A stretch of DNA of 64,000 nucleotides from a virus: the IMG/VR virus record IMGVR_UViG_3300025853_000048, positions 25,450 to 89,449 of that record. One strand, given 5' to 3'. Positions within the stretch are counted from its first letter, which is position 1, and each line of letters begins with the position of its first letter. The notes under the pieces are model-generated. The model made no database searches. It was not told the origin of the DNA and saw nothing but the letters and a program-made list of their open reading frames with translations. A program made the translations under genes and the position numbers. Shown here one piece after another: positions 37,209 to 47,085 of this stretch.

Positions 37209-38037
37209 ACGAATTCACTTTAACTTCTGCCCCCCATGATGCCACCAAATCTCGCCCTTTCTCAGTCAAGTCCGCGTAGATTTTGCGACGATCTAGGGTG
37301 TTGCCGAACCGATCCTTGGTGCCAATAACCCCCGCTGAAACCTTAATGATATAGCCATTTTCCAACAAGGTGTCCGTGATGCCCGTTGTCGCAGCAGTTG
37401 AGACATCCAGGAAAATTGTCAGGTCAGTCATCGATGCCAGACGATCGTAATTGCTGGCAATGAAATCGCAGTAAATGAGACTTTTGACCGTGTTGACCGA
37501 GCGCATCGCATTGGCGTCAACCAGGGTGATATCCAGGTGGATCGAAACATCAACAATCGTCCCGAGTCGCCTCGCGTTGTCTTTGCGGATCGTGTGGGGC
37601 GCGAACAGTTTACGCATCTTCTGAGCGTATTCTGACGTTCGCCAACCCGTCACCTCCATAATGTAATCATCCCCTCTGTCCCAATTTAAAGACGAAAAAT
37701 CAATCTGGTTTCCAAATATCCGGCGTTGTTCCCGAACATAGTTAACGGCTCGATTGTTCTCTTCGGCCAATACATCGTCGCCTTTTGACCAGTCAAGTTT
37801 CGTCCAATCCAGACCCGAGCTGACAGTTTCCGGTGCGTCCTCGTTACGCCAACGCGTGACGGTTGAAATAACAACGCCGGTTCGTCTGATAATGTCTTGG
37901 TTGGACTCCCGCTCCCAGTTGATCCCGGCTCGGGTTTTAGCGTAAAATTCTTTTGGTGGTCGGGGGTTACTAATACTCATCTCTTTCTTTATACCTTCTA
38001 TTTTTTTACTAACAAACTCAGTCAAGACCTCACCCAT
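37207..38037 (-). CDS. Multi-HTH protein with C-terminal MarR-like winged helix
   Basis: Three W....D..I/LA repeats, then MTDL...LDVSTAATTGITDTLLENGYI...DRRKIYADLTEKG. Confidence 0.7.
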   Translation of the reverse strand: MGEVLTEFVSKKIEGIKKEMSISNPRPPKEFYAKTRAGINWERESNQDIIRRTGVVISTVTRWRNEDAPETVSSGLDWTKLDWSKGDDVLAEENNRAVNYVREQRRIFGNQIDFSSLNWDRGDDYIMEVTGWRTSEYAQKMRKLFAPHTIRKDNARRLGTIVDVSIHLDITLVDANAMRSVNTVKSLIYCDFIASNYDRLASMTDLTIFLDVSTAATTGITDTLLENGYIIKVSAGVIGTKDRFGNTLDRRKIYADLTEKGRDLVASWGAEVKVNS

Positions 38038-38199
38038 GCACTCCTAAATTACTCTCTACCTCCTTTCTACACACATTCGAACAAACAACAACTCAAAACA
38101 AAGTGTGCCCGGATGGGGTCTTGACTGAAGCGGGATTGATTCACCCCGCCTGTCAGTGGCGGTTTGTTCTGGGAGGGGGACGGGCTTTGGCCATGGTTA

Positions 38200-39618
38200 C
38201 TAAGCAGCTTCCTTTACGTTGTCTACGATCTTGCTGGATTGCGGCTGGTATAGTTTCATTATCTTTGCTTTTCTTTGTTCCTGAGCCTTCCACTTCGCGA
38301 TGACTCTTTTGTCATTCTTGATCGTCGATAGGCTCACTTCAAAAATCTCTGCCAAATCGGGTGTTCGGCTAATGTTTTCCTCTTCCATCAGGAGTTGAAC
38401 TTTCTGGCGCCGCTCCAGGGCTTCCAGCGAACTCCATGCCATGGGGATCATGCGTTGCTTGTAATTCCCTACTTCGCATGTGTCGGCAATCATAACGCTA
38501 CGTTCATCCTTATCGGGGATAGCGGTGCCGCCAAACAGTGGTATGACATTCCCTGTCGTAGCATCCTTGGTTTCTTCGCCGGGGCCTTCCGGATTGAACC
38601 CGTCGCCACGTTGATCCCAGTTTTCCACTTGTTGCTTTTTGGCAAACTCCAACCTGGGAAACTCAATAAACGAGCATAGCAGGGCCAGGGATGAGTGTAA
38701 CAGCGTTCCCATGGCGAAACCGAACAGCATAACGTAACCAGCTCCGCGCAACTTGTGACCTCCTGCCAAGGCGAGGAAGATTGCATTGAGCTCGTTTTGG
38801 TTGCCTGCAGCAACATGCGCCTCACGGTTATCGGCACTAGCTAGCGATTGCAGTGATGCAAGGTGGGTTGTTGCCTCCGTCAGTCGTTGGTCTTGTCGCT
38901 CCACAAGGGCTTTGCTGGAATTGACTTCCGCCAATGAAATACCGCCGTTTGCCAGCAATTCGGCCCGCTCCCGCTTTGCTGCCGCTAACTTGGTGTTCAG
39001 TGTTGCAATTACGGCCTTGATAGAATTACTGCGCGGACCTTCACCAGGCTTGCCGTTTACTCCGGATATCTCTTCCTGGAATTTCTGTTCCGCTAACTCG
39101 ATCTGCTTTTCTAAACTGCGGATCGGTGCAACTCCCGCTTGCTCGTTATCATAACGAGTCTTCAGGCGGGTGTACTCAACGACTAACTGATCGCTCTTTG
39201 CGGTCATTGCGCTAACCTCGGCTTTTGCACGCTCTACGTCAGCGATTGATGCCGATGCTTTGGAATCAGCCATTTTGGATTCAACCAACTTGCCGCCGTC
39301 AACTTTCTGGGCTTCGCGCCATGCAATGCTAAACTGGAAACCGGAATACAAGATTAGAGCGACTACCATCACCCAGGTAAAGCTGGTTTTTCTGAAGCCA
39401 ATCTTCTTGCAACGATGCGCGAACACCCCCAGTGCAATTGCGATTGCGAGCGGGATTAGTTTTGCCCAATCATCCCCGGGGAAAAGTTTTTCGTAACCCT
39501 TCATTTCGAATCCCACAATGACCACCCCAAAGAATACCGCTGCAGCAAGGACGATTAGAAATTTAAATATTCGGTAAGTATTTTCCATAAGCAGAACGGC
39601 GCCTTCCCGTTTTTTCAA
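38200..39618 (-). CDS. Membrane-anchored coiled-coil protein with C-terminal HTH
   Basis: Three N-terminal TMs, long coiled coil, another TM, then TPDLAEIFEVSLSTIKND. Confidence 0.75.
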   Translation of the reverse strand: MKKREGAVLLMENTYRIFKFLIVLAAAVFFGVVIVGFEMKGYEKLFPGDDWAKLIPLAIAIALGVFAHRCKKIGFRKTSFTWVMVVALILYSGFQFSIAWREAQKVDGGKLVESKMADSKASASIADVERAKAEVSAMTAKSDQLVVEYTRLKTRYDNEQAGVAPIRSLEKQIELAEQKFQEEISGVNGKPGEGPRSNSIKAVIATLNTKLAAAKRERAELLANGGISLAEVNSSKALVERQDQRLTEATTHLASLQSLASADNREAHVAAGNQNELNAIFLALAGGHKLRGAGYVMLFGFAMGTLLHSSLALLCSFIEFPRLEFAKKQQVENWDQRGDGFNPEGPGEETKDATTGNVIPLFGGTAIPDKDERSVMIADTCEVGNYKQRMIPMAWSSLEALERRQKVQLLMEEENISRTPDLAEIFEVSLSTIKNDKRVIAKWKAQEQRKAKIMKLYQPQSSKIVDNVKEAA

Positions 39619-39842
39619 TTATAATTTAAGATTACTTAAATATTCAGGATTGTCAAAACAATTCGCAAATGCTTCCATATACGCTCGCGAAATCGCCCGA
39701 AAGGACTGTCAAATCAGTTGATTTTTACCCGCTTGTTAACTTCTGATTGCTAAAAGGTTAACATTGGTTAAATTCCGCCCAATCCCCCCACATAAATCTA
39801 AATTGGCGGGTAAATAATAGAAAAAAGTAAGCATACATATAT

Positions 39843-41066
39843 ATGAAAACTGAACTATCCAATAATGAAACCGCTAGCAGCCAATCGGGAACCACGTATC
39901 TCCGGTCCACTGTTAACAACAATATCCTCGCCGAATACGACGACGGAACAAAGTATGCCATCGCTGGCAAAACGATGCCCCTCGGCAAATTCAGCTTCAC
40001 CGTTGATGTCCAGGGCGACACCGGCACTGCCTCGGAAATCAGCATCAAGTCAACTGACTTGGAAGGCAATAAACTCGCTATCGCGGGTAATTTGCTACGT
40101 GTCCGGGTCTGTAACGACGGAACTCTGGCTGATTCAACTAACGCCACTATCGCCGCTGCCAATGGATCGGCTGTAGCCGATACCATTACGGCAACCAAAG
40201 ACCTGGTGCTTTCATCTGTGGCTGCTACGGCAGCAACCGGAACGCTCACCATATCCGGTGTGGTCATCGATGGCGAAACCGTTGTCATCAACGGTCGGAC
40301 TTATGAGTTCCGAACCGGTAAAACCACGCTCTCCGGAGATGTCTCGGTTGACATTTCGGCTGATGGCACCAAGTCCGCTGGAACCCTGACAATGGACACC
40401 CAGCCAACCGCTGGCGACACTGTGACCATTGGTGCTACAAACTACACCTGGCGCACAGACGGCACCGCTGATGAAGCGGGTGAAATCAATCTGGGCGCGG
40501 ACCTGGCCGAGGCAAAAACCAACTTTGTTGCGGCTGTTAACGGCACTGACGCAAATAACGCCGCAAACGCACAAGTGACTGCTGCGGCCTTCTCCGGTGA
40601 TGATAGCGTGATTACTGCCAAGTACACTGGCACTCAGGGTGATGCAATCGCAACGACCGAAACGTTCACGGCAGGAACCAACGTGTTTGACGCAGCAACG
40701 CTCGGCACGACCACTCCCGGAGTAGACGTTTCCGCAACCGACGCTGGTGATGCTCTGGTCACCGCTCTTGCCGGCGATGCCAGTGCGCTTGTAAGCGGAT
40801 CCAACTCCACCGGAACCGTAACCCTGACATCTGCGGTCACTCATGCTGACGCCAATGCTTATACCACGACCGAAACCATGGCTAACGGCGCTTTTGGTGC
40901 CGGTACAATGAGTGGCGGGATCACCGTCCGCAACAACACCTGGAAGCTCGCTTTGACCGACGCAACTGAAGAAACCGTTCGTCTGGTTATCGGACCACCT
41001 CCAGTTGGGCAAGGGATTGTTGGTGACTACTCCGCGGAAATCGATGTCTTGCATGAGACTGCCTAA
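39843..41066 (+). CDS. T/A/G-rich virion decoration/sheath-domain-like protein with nested domain insertion (counter-oriented moron)
   Basis: ATGTLTISG..DGETVVINGRTYEF and AGTLTMDTQP.AGDTVTIGATNYTW repeats; has its own terminator. Confidence 0.7.
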   Translation: MKTELSNNETASSQSGTTYLRSTVNNNILAEYDDGTKYAIAGKTMPLGKFSFTVDVQGDTGTASEISIKSTDLEGNKLAIAGNLLRVRVCNDGTLADSTNATIAAANGSAVADTITATKDLVLSSVAATAATGTLTISGVVIDGETVVINGRTYEFRTGKTTLSGDVSVDISADGTKSAGTLTMDTQPTAGDTVTIGATNYTWRTDGTADEAGEINLGADLAEAKTNFVAAVNGTDANNAANAQVTAAAFSGDDSVITAKYTGTQGDAIATTETFTAGTNVFDAATLGTTTPGVDVSATDAGDALVTALAGDASALVSGSNSTGTVTLTSAVTHADANAYTTTETMANGAFGAGTMSGGITVRNNTWKLALTDATEETVRLVIGPPPVGQGIVGDYSAEIDVLHETA

Positions 41067-41100
41067 TTGGCAGTGTTCTAAACCATCTTTGTAAACAACC

Positions 41101-41143
41101 AAACCGCCCCGGGAACGAAACAACCCGGGGCGGTTTTTATTTT
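41101..41143. terminator. Rho-independent terminator
   Basis: AAACCGCCCCGGG...CCCGGGGCGGTTTTTATTTT. Confidence 0.8.
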
Positions 41144-41180
41144 GCGGAATGGAGCGGGTTTTCGCTGGCTGGTTTTGATC

Positions 41181-41465
41181 CTACTTCTTTTCCCACATCT
41201 GCCAACGCATCTTGGGACTCCCTTCGTCGTCCTGGCGTAAGCGGCGAGTTTCGCCAACAACACAGGGGAACTTCATCTGCAGTCGGAGCATGTTTTGCGC
41301 CAGTGCTCCGTGAGTCATTTCGCCTTCCTGGAAATCCTCCAGGATGTCCTCAACCTTCAACCATTCCTGTCCGGTTCGGCGGTGAGTGTTTTCAACCGCT
41401 GCCGCGACTCGGCGCTGATGTGGAGTTAAGAAAAAATCTGCCGCTACTTTTGTGCCGTTACTCAT
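41181..41465 (-). CDS. Hypothetical protein (wHTH-like)
   Basis: 94-aa coupled ORF. Confidence 0.6.
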   Translation of the reverse strand: MSNGTKVAADFFLTPHQRRVAAAVENTHRRTGQEWLKVEDILEDFQEGEMTHGALAQNMLRLQMKFPCVVGETRRLRQDDEGSPKMRWQMWEKK

Positions 41466-41751
41466 CCTCTATTAAATGCGCCACTCGTTGGCGTTCTTTT
41501 TGAAATTCTGCGTGCAGGAAATGAAACTTCTGCCTCGCTTCGTCGGTCGCTGCTTTGTTTCCTCGAGCAGCACTTAGTAGCAGATCCTGGTAGGCAATCT
41601 CCATCTGGTCGGTAATCACATCCATCCGTCGCAAAGCCTGGTTGTGAACGCGATGACGGTGGATGTCGATAGTTGCCGCTAATGCAAAACCAAACGCCAT
41701 CAGGACGGCCACACACGCGATCGCAATGACCTGGATGTTGAGTGCTTTCAT
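41458..41751 (-). CDS. Single-TM hypothetical protein
   Basis: N-terminal hydrophobic helix. Confidence 0.65.
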   Translation of the reverse strand: MKALNIQVIAIACVAVLMAFGFALAATIDIHRHRVHNQALRRMDVITDQMEIAYQDLLLSAARGNKAATDEARQKFHFLHAEFQKERQRVAHLIEDE

Positions 41752-42380
41752 GATTTATTCTTTAAAATATCTGATAGTCGGTGAATAGAATCTGCCGATC
41801 CTGGGGTGCGGCGAAACATCTCGATCATTTCTTCATAAGACATGGGTTTACCTGTGTCACTTTGCTCTTTGGCTTGTCGCGGTTTGCCGTACCTCCACTC
41901 TATCATCTTGATACTTAATTCTGACTGTAGCTTTTCATTTGGCACCATCTCTCCCGTTGGAGATACTTGTTTGGCTTCTTTGGACAAGCGTTCTAGCCGA
42001 ATTAAATGCCCATCATAATCAACGATTTTATCCATCTTGTCGTGCAACGTTTCCGATCCATAACGATGAGGGCTAGAGAGTATTTCCGTTTCCGACGCAT
42101 CAATGATATCCAGGGCTTGAGCGACTGGCACAGTTGCCACCTCCCACCGGTCACGACCCGCGATTACTTCGATTTGCGCCTCACTGCCCTCTCGCTTGTT
42201 CTTAAAAAAAGCCCGCCTTGACGTTCCGATATGCTCCAGCACCCACGGGGTTCGCAGACGGTCTGGCACCTCATTCGGGATCAACCTGCCGCCATGAAAC
42301 AAGACAACAGGACCGCTGCCATCTTTCATTTCGCGGATAATCGTGCCTTTGTCGCCTTTAACGAGTTCCAGTGTGTCCAT
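41748..42380 (-). CDS. Hypothetical protein, possibly terminase small subunit-like
   Basis: C-terminal helical region with WRYGKPRQ motif; the assignment is weak. Confidence 0.5.
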   Translation of the reverse strand: MDTLELVKGDKGTIIREMKDGSGPVVLFHGGRLIPNEVPDRLRTPWVLEHIGTSRRAFFKNKREGSEAQIEVIAGRDRWEVATVPVAQALDIIDASETEILSSPHRYGSETLHDKMDKIVDYDGHLIRLERLSKEAKQVSPTGEMVPNEKLQSELSIKMIEWRYGKPRQAKEQSDTGKPMSYEEMIEMFRRTPGSADSIHRLSDILKNKS

Positions 42381-42383
42381 AAA

Positions 42384-42761
42384 CTATTTTGCCATCCCCT
42401 CCACCCATTCGCCAAACGCAGCGATAAACGGTTTGCAATTCGTCTCATCGGCCCAGCCGCAAAATCCAACGAATCCATCCCGGTTAAAGCTGATTGCTTC
42501 CCGGTTATCAAAATAGTGAGATCGGCAGCGGATTTCCATCCATAGAACTTCACCCGTTGCATCGACTCGCTCGCCCTGGCCGCTGAATACACGCACTGAA
42601 CTCATCAGTATTTCCGATTCCTCCAGTTTTCTCTGCAAAATATCCCCCAGTTTACGCAGTGCCGCTGTAGACAAATCTGCGTATGTTAATCCCGAACGTT
42701 GCCACGCCTCCCGGGCGCTGTTTCTATCTTTTAGTTTTGTAGCTATACTCATCTTTCTCAA
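42384..42761 (-). CDS. Conserved phage protein (HYF..REAISFN.DGFVGFCGWAD..N)
   Basis: Recognisable conserved phage motif. Confidence 0.7.
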   Translation of the reverse strand: MRKMSIATKLKDRNSAREAWQRSGLTYADLSTAALRKLGDILQRKLEESEILMSSVRVFSGQGERVDATGEVLWMEIRCRSHYFDNREAISFNRDGFVGFCGWADETNCKPFIAAFGEWVEGMAK

Positions 42762-42787
42762 TAACTGTAAACCCCCACCTCATCACA

Positions 42788-42961
42788 TTACATCCCCTCG
42801 GGTCCATGGCGGAAAACGGTCCACGCCCAGGTTAGTTTTGACCAGACCGGAGGAGAGCATAGCCAGATTGCTAACGCCGCTCCTATCGCGATCCCTAGCA
42901 GGGATCCCAGTATCCCCCGGGCAGTTCCGCGCCAATACTTTTTATCTCCGAAGTAGGACAT
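42788..42961 (-). CDS. Small TM protein (57 aa, below track cutoff)
   Basis: TGATG coupling to the exonuclease; MSYFGDKKYWRGTARGILGSLLGIAIGAALAIWL... Confidence 0.55.
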   Translation of the reverse strand: MSYFGDKKYWRGTARGILGSLLGIAIGAALAIWLCSPPVWSKLTWAWTVFRHGPEGM

Positions 42962-43794
42962 CACCCCATGATTTCTATCTGCTCCTGCAGGAACATACTG
43001 GGCGGCAATTCCTGCTCCTGCTCCTCCGGAAATTGTGGTTTAAGCTTAGGTAAATGTTCCTCTCTGAACGCCGAGTATTCAGCATCGAATTTGACCATCG
43101 CTTGCTCCATCTTTCGCGTGAGCCCGTCCGCTTGGACCGGCACAATCAAACTCTCCATGTCGGGCGAGTATGCGTAGAACCACGCTTGCTCACACCCAGT
43201 TAATACCATTTGGAAATGCACCTGCAATCGGTGTTCTGGCGGCAATATCCCGTTGATCACGGTTTCTGCGTGCGCCTCCGGTTTGCATTTCACCTCCAGT
43301 GGACCCAGGACGCTTTTCTTGTCGGCGGAATAAACCATGCGATCGGGGCTTGCTCCGAAATAGTTAAACCCATCGAGGGTTACAAACCCGATCTTCTCAG
43401 TCGCAAAGCCTGTCTCGATTTCAAACTTGGAACAAGCTTCATCTTCAAACGCGTTGCCGAAGTCAGTGGCATTGTTACCCATCCATTCGTTCGCGTGACT
43501 TGAGAACTCCTGCCCGATCATCCTGCACATTGTTTTTCGTCGGGCCGCTAAATCCTTGGCAAGATATCCCTGGTTGTCAGCCACGATGTTGGCCGGCAGT
43601 AATTTGGCCAGTTCTCCGACTAAGGATGACTTTTTGTGCGGGATTTCTAGTTCATCCAGAATGCTTTTGATCTCAGTGCCTTTCAGCGTGAGTTTTGGAT
43701 CAGCTACCAACCATTCGCCTACCTGCGAAGCGGTCAGTTTGCCTCGCCTCAGGTTTTCCCACGCTTCGCTGTTTTGGTCTACGTTGTGGATCAT
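42961..43794 (-). CDS. YqaJ/lambda-type exonuclease
   Basis: QNSEAW..LRRGKLTAS, GASPD, LEVKC, QVHFQM. Confidence 0.88.
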   Translation of the reverse strand: MIHNVDQNSEAWENLRRGKLTASQVGEWLVADPKLTLKGTEIKSILDELEIPHKKSSLVGELAKLLPANIVADNQGYLAKDLAARRKTMCRMIGQEFSSHANEWMGNNATDFGNAFEDEACSKFEIETGFATEKIGFVTLDGFNYFGASPDRMVYSADKKSVLGPLEVKCKPEAHAETVINGILPPEHRLQVHFQMVLTGCEQAWFYAYSPDMESLIVPVQADGLTRKMEQAMVKFDAEYSAFREEHLPKLKPQFPEEQEQELPPSMFLQEQIEIMG

Positions 43795-44552
43795 TGCGCT
43801 TGCTGGGCTGCATTGTACTTGATACGCTTGTTTAATGCAGATTTGACATCGGCATACAGCACTGAGGCGATCGATTCAAACGACTCTGCTTTATAGTGCA
43901 ATAGCAGTTTACCTTCCTCTACTCCCGCTTGAGTAGCGAGCGTTTTGAGCTCCTTCGCCTGATCAGCAGATACCAGTTGCAGGGGTTGGTCCAATGCCTT
44001 GGCGTCATCGTCCTGGTCGCCGACAACAATATTGAGAGCATTGGTCAAACAGTAACGTTTGGCGTAACTGTTTGCACTCCCTTGCGCTTGCGCCAGGTTG
44101 GTGACGTTGCGCCCGTCTTTGGTCCGGATTGGACCATCCTTGGGCAGCGTGAACGGAGTCTCTTCCGAGTGTCCCTCACTATGCATGATGCGGCAAGTGA
44201 TGGTCATGGTGTCCGCGGTTTCGGTCTGCGAAAAGCTGACCGCCAACTTGTGGGCATCCAGGATCGGGCGCACTACCCGCATGATGTCGTCAAAACTGGC
44301 GTACTGGCTATTTTGCCCTTGTCTGCCCTTGAATACTGTGGGCATTTCCGCCTGTGCTGCCACCAGGGCTGCATTGTAGGCTTTACGAGCATTGTTCGCC
44401 TCGTATCGCTCCTGGAGTTCCATCAGCTTCTCAAGTGCAGCAGGGTCCGCTCCGGACGCTACCGCGGCTTCTATGATTGCTAACGGGTTGGTTTGCGGGA
44501 CTGTCAACTCAGTTGGATTCCCGTCCTGTTTTTTAACTTTTGTTTCACTCAT
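43791..44552 (-). CDS. ERF-family single-strand annealing protein
   Basis: YASFDDI...HSEGH...QAQGSANSYAKRY.L...DDDA. Confidence 0.88.
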   Translation of the reverse strand: MSETKVKKQDGNPTELTVPQTNPLAIIEAAVASGADPAALEKLMELQERYEANNARKAYNAALVAAQAEMPTVFKGRQGQNSQYASFDDIMRVVRPILDAHKLAVSFSQTETADTMTITCRIMHSEGHSEETPFTLPKDGPIRTKDGRNVTNLAQAQGSANSYAKRYCLTNALNIVVGDQDDDAKALDQPLQLVSADQAKELKTLATQAGVEEGKLLLHYKAESFESIASVLYADVKSALNKRIKYNAAQQAQ

Positions 44553-44594
44553 CTTTTATTTCTCTAAGCTCTTACTATTAAACTTTGATTGGTT

Positions 44595-44831
44595 TTAATT
44601 CAAACGTTGATTCAGGATTTTTTGCAAGGCGGTGTCCGGTGGGACAACCGGTTCAATTGCGTTGATCGAAACCTGATATTTGCGACCTTGGTAGTCCACT
44701 TCGATGGATGATGTCGGTTTTCCCTCCATGTCCATCTCAATCGCAGTTTCGCAACCCGGAATCTTGTCGATCCGAGCGGCGAAAACAAACGCATCCAGGG
44801 CGTGGTCCATTGACTTAAAATGTTCGTTCAT
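44595..44831 (-). CDS. Hypothetical protein
   Basis: 78-aa coupled ORF. Confidence 0.6.
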   Translation of the reverse strand: MNEHFKSMDHALDAFVFAARIDKIPGCETAIEMDMEGKPTSSIEVDYQGRKYQVSINAIEPVVPPDTALQKILNQRLN

Positions 44832-45139
44832 CGTGGCAACTCCCCTACCCTAGCGTTGATCCAGGTTTCGTTGATTGCGTCTGCCAGAAGCGGAACTTCG
44901 TCTGCTGGAAAACCAGGTGCGAGAACCTTCTTCACATGGACGTACGAAATGATTTCATCGAACACCTCGCCGTGTTCGTCAGCACTGATGATTTCCTGAG
45001 TTTCGTACTCAATTTCCACTTCGTATTCCCGTCCCTTCCACTCCTGGTGCTGCACGGTGGTTGGTGATTCGTTTATTTTTGGTGGTTGGTGTGTAGTTGT
45101 CATTTTATTGATTGGGTTTGGCTTCGGTGAGCCGTTCAA
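44828..45139 (-). CDS. Hypothetical protein
   Basis: Coupled ORF; true start probably MTTTHQ. Confidence 0.6.
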   Translation of the reverse strand: MNGSPKPNPINKMTTTHQPPKINESPTTVQHQEWKGREYEVEIEYETQEIISADEHGEVFDEIISYVHVKKVLAPGFPADEVPLLADAINETWINARVGELPR

Positions 45140-45320
45140 GTTCTGCCTCTACCGTGGTCGCTAACGACCGGATGGCTCGCCAACGTTTGTCCAGTCCATC
45201 GATGTTGAATACAGCGTTGGCGGCATCACTGAGTAGGTCGCCAGCCGATTCCAGGTCATCAACAGCCTGGGTGTAGAGATCTTCGGTTTGTTCGGTCATG
45301 GTTGGTTTAAAGTTCGGCAT
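45105..45320 (-). CDS. Hypothetical helical protein
   Basis: 71-aa ORF. Confidence 0.55.
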   Translation of the reverse strand: MPNFKPTMTEQTEDLYTQAVDDLESAGDLLSDAANAVFNIDGLDKRWRAIRSLATTVEAELERLTEAKPNQ

Positions 45321-45780
45321 TCTTGACCGCTGCCTCGCAAATCTCTTTTAGTTGTCGCTCTGCGCGGCAGCGGATCCGCACCCGCGAAAAGCCCCATAAA
45401 ATCGTTTCGATATCTTGTTCGTGCGCGATTTCAAACTCCCTGCACATTCCATGAATGTCTCGCTCTAATTGTTCGAGGTCAACATCACGCTTTTTGCGGA
45501 GGGTTTGAGGATCGATAATCCCCCGCTCGGCCTTGCTAGCCATGTCGGGATCAAACCCATTTACTTTCGCCCAGTCAGGCAACGTTAAACCCTTATCAAG
45601 GCGAGCTTGTTTTAGTTTCCTGCCCGCGTCCTGCCATTGCCTCATTTCTGCGGGGCATTCCCCGGTGCCGTCACAGCGGTCGCAGAAAATGCCCGATCCC
45701 GAGGCAGTCACTGCCCCTAGCCCACTACCGCAACAGGTCCAGCAGGTTATTTTTTTGCTGCTTTTTTCTTGCTCGCTCAT
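45307..45780 (-). CDS. DnaJ-type Zn finger + XRE HTH protein
   Basis: CWTCCGSG...CDRCDGTG then LKQARLDKGLTL...ASKAERG. Confidence 0.7.
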   Translation of the reverse strand: MSEQEKSSKKITCWTCCGSGLGAVTASGSGIFCDRCDGTGECPAEMRQWQDAGRKLKQARLDKGLTLPDWAKVNGFDPDMASKAERGIIDPQTLRKKRDVDLEQLERDIHGMCREFEIAHEQDIETILWGFSRVRIRCRAERQLKEICEAAVKNAEL

Positions 45781-46061
45781 CAGTCTTTCGGGTTCAGGTA
45801 ATCCTCCAGTTTGATAATATCCGCATCAGTCAAAACCGTCGCGTTCCATCCGCTCCGGTTATACGGGTTTGTCGTGTAGATAACGATGATATCGCCATCA
45901 ACGCTTGCGAACTGGAACATTCGCGATTCCTCCCGGTCACTCAGCCAGATGATATGACCCAGTTTCGCGAAGGAACTGCTTACAGCGGCCAGGAATGATT
46001 CTTTGGAATAAAACCATTTCTCGCCAGTTTTTTTCGGTTTTTCAATTGTGCTATTACTCAT
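45780..46061 (-). CDS. Hypothetical protein
   Basis: 93-aa coupled ORF. Confidence 0.6.
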   Translation of the reverse strand: MSNSTIEKPKKTGEKWFYSKESFLAAVSSSFAKLGHIIWLSDREESRMFQFASVDGDIIVIYTTNPYNRSGWNATVLTDADIIKLEDYLNPKD

Positions 46062-46080
46062 TTTTCTAATCTCTATTTTT

Positions 46081-46719
46081 CTATTTTACTACTGAAACAC
46101 CTACTAAATGTTCGCATTGGCGTATAAGTTCCCAATATTCCGGAAAAATTTCATATTGCTTGACCTGGTAATATTTCGCGGTGTGATTTGCTTTTGGTTT
46201 GCGATCTACGTTTATGTCATGAACCTTTTGCGCCACCCCTGCTTTTTCCAGGGCTGATAATATGCGTGCTGCCGAGTGAGCATCCATGTCCATGTGGATC
46301 AGGAGGTTTTTCAGCAACGCCGAATTCAGTTTGTCCTGTGGCAATTCGGCCAACGGAATAAGAACGCTCAACGGGGTAGCCAGCGGAAAGGCACACATCA
46401 GGTTGGATACCCGTTCGTCGTCCTGTTGCCAACGCCCCAGTATGGTTGTTAGCGCCAACCTGCCGTTGTGGGTCAGATGATAGTTGTATCGACCCTTGTT
46501 GCCTTTCCTGCTACACCGCAAAAACTTCTCATTCAGCAGGAATATTGACCGGTTGATGGCCGTATTATTAGTAGTGCGAAGGTCGCCCGAGGTATAACCC
46601 TCCGGTCTATCAGCCAGGAGCAGAATAGCAATGTCGCCAGTTAATAACTGGTCGCTTAATTCGTTAATAATCATGCTGCCCGTTGTTAAATTTTCTTTCC
46701 CATTTCTCCCGAATTTCAT
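46081..46719 (-). CDS. Tandem winged-helix protein
   Basis: YHLTHNGR wing motif and a second wHTH-like region. Confidence 0.6.
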   Translation of the reverse strand: MKFGRNGKENLTTGSMIINELSDQLLTGDIAILLLADRPEGYTSGDLRTTNNTAINRSIFLLNEKFLRCSRKGNKGRYNYHLTHNGRLALTTILGRWQQDDERVSNLMCAFPLATPLSVLIPLAELPQDKLNSALLKNLLIHMDMDAHSAARILSALEKAGVAQKVHDINVDRKPKANHTAKYYQVKQYEIFPEYWELIRQCEHLVGVSVVK

Positions 46720-47053
46720 CGAAACTCGGAAACTCTATGCACTCCCAGACCGGGAACACCAGATGACACATGTTCTCATGCATTGCTAGGGCTTGCTCCA
46801 GGTTGCCGCCGCATTTCTGCTCAACTCCGTTACTCATTCCCCCACTGACCGTGGTGCGCCAGTGCAATTCTTCCGATCCGCGAACCTCGCTCAATACGTG
46901 GAAGCGAGTTACGACCGACACCCCGTTGCGAGACATCTCTGCAACGCGCCTCTCATCCTCGGTAAGTTCAGCCTTGGTTTGCCAACCGATCTCGGGGCGC
47001 ACGCGCTTTGGTGTTCCGAGTTGGGTCAGTTTGTAATAGTTTTCAGTTGTCAT
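46664..47053 (-). CDS. Hypothetical protein
   Basis: 129-aa ORF. Confidence 0.65.
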   Translation of the reverse strand: MTTENYYKLTQLGTPKRVRPEIGWQTKAELTEDERRVAEMSRNGVSVVTRFHVLSEVRGSEELHWRTTVSGGMSNGVEQKCGGNLEQALAMHENMCHLVFPVWECIEFPSFDEIREKWERKFNNGQHDY

Positions 47054-47085
47054 GGTTTAGTGGATTTTTTTGTTTGTGGTTTAGG

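Noticed and set aside
40212-41123. 303-aa minus ORF
   Set aside because: Antisense shadow of 39843-41066.
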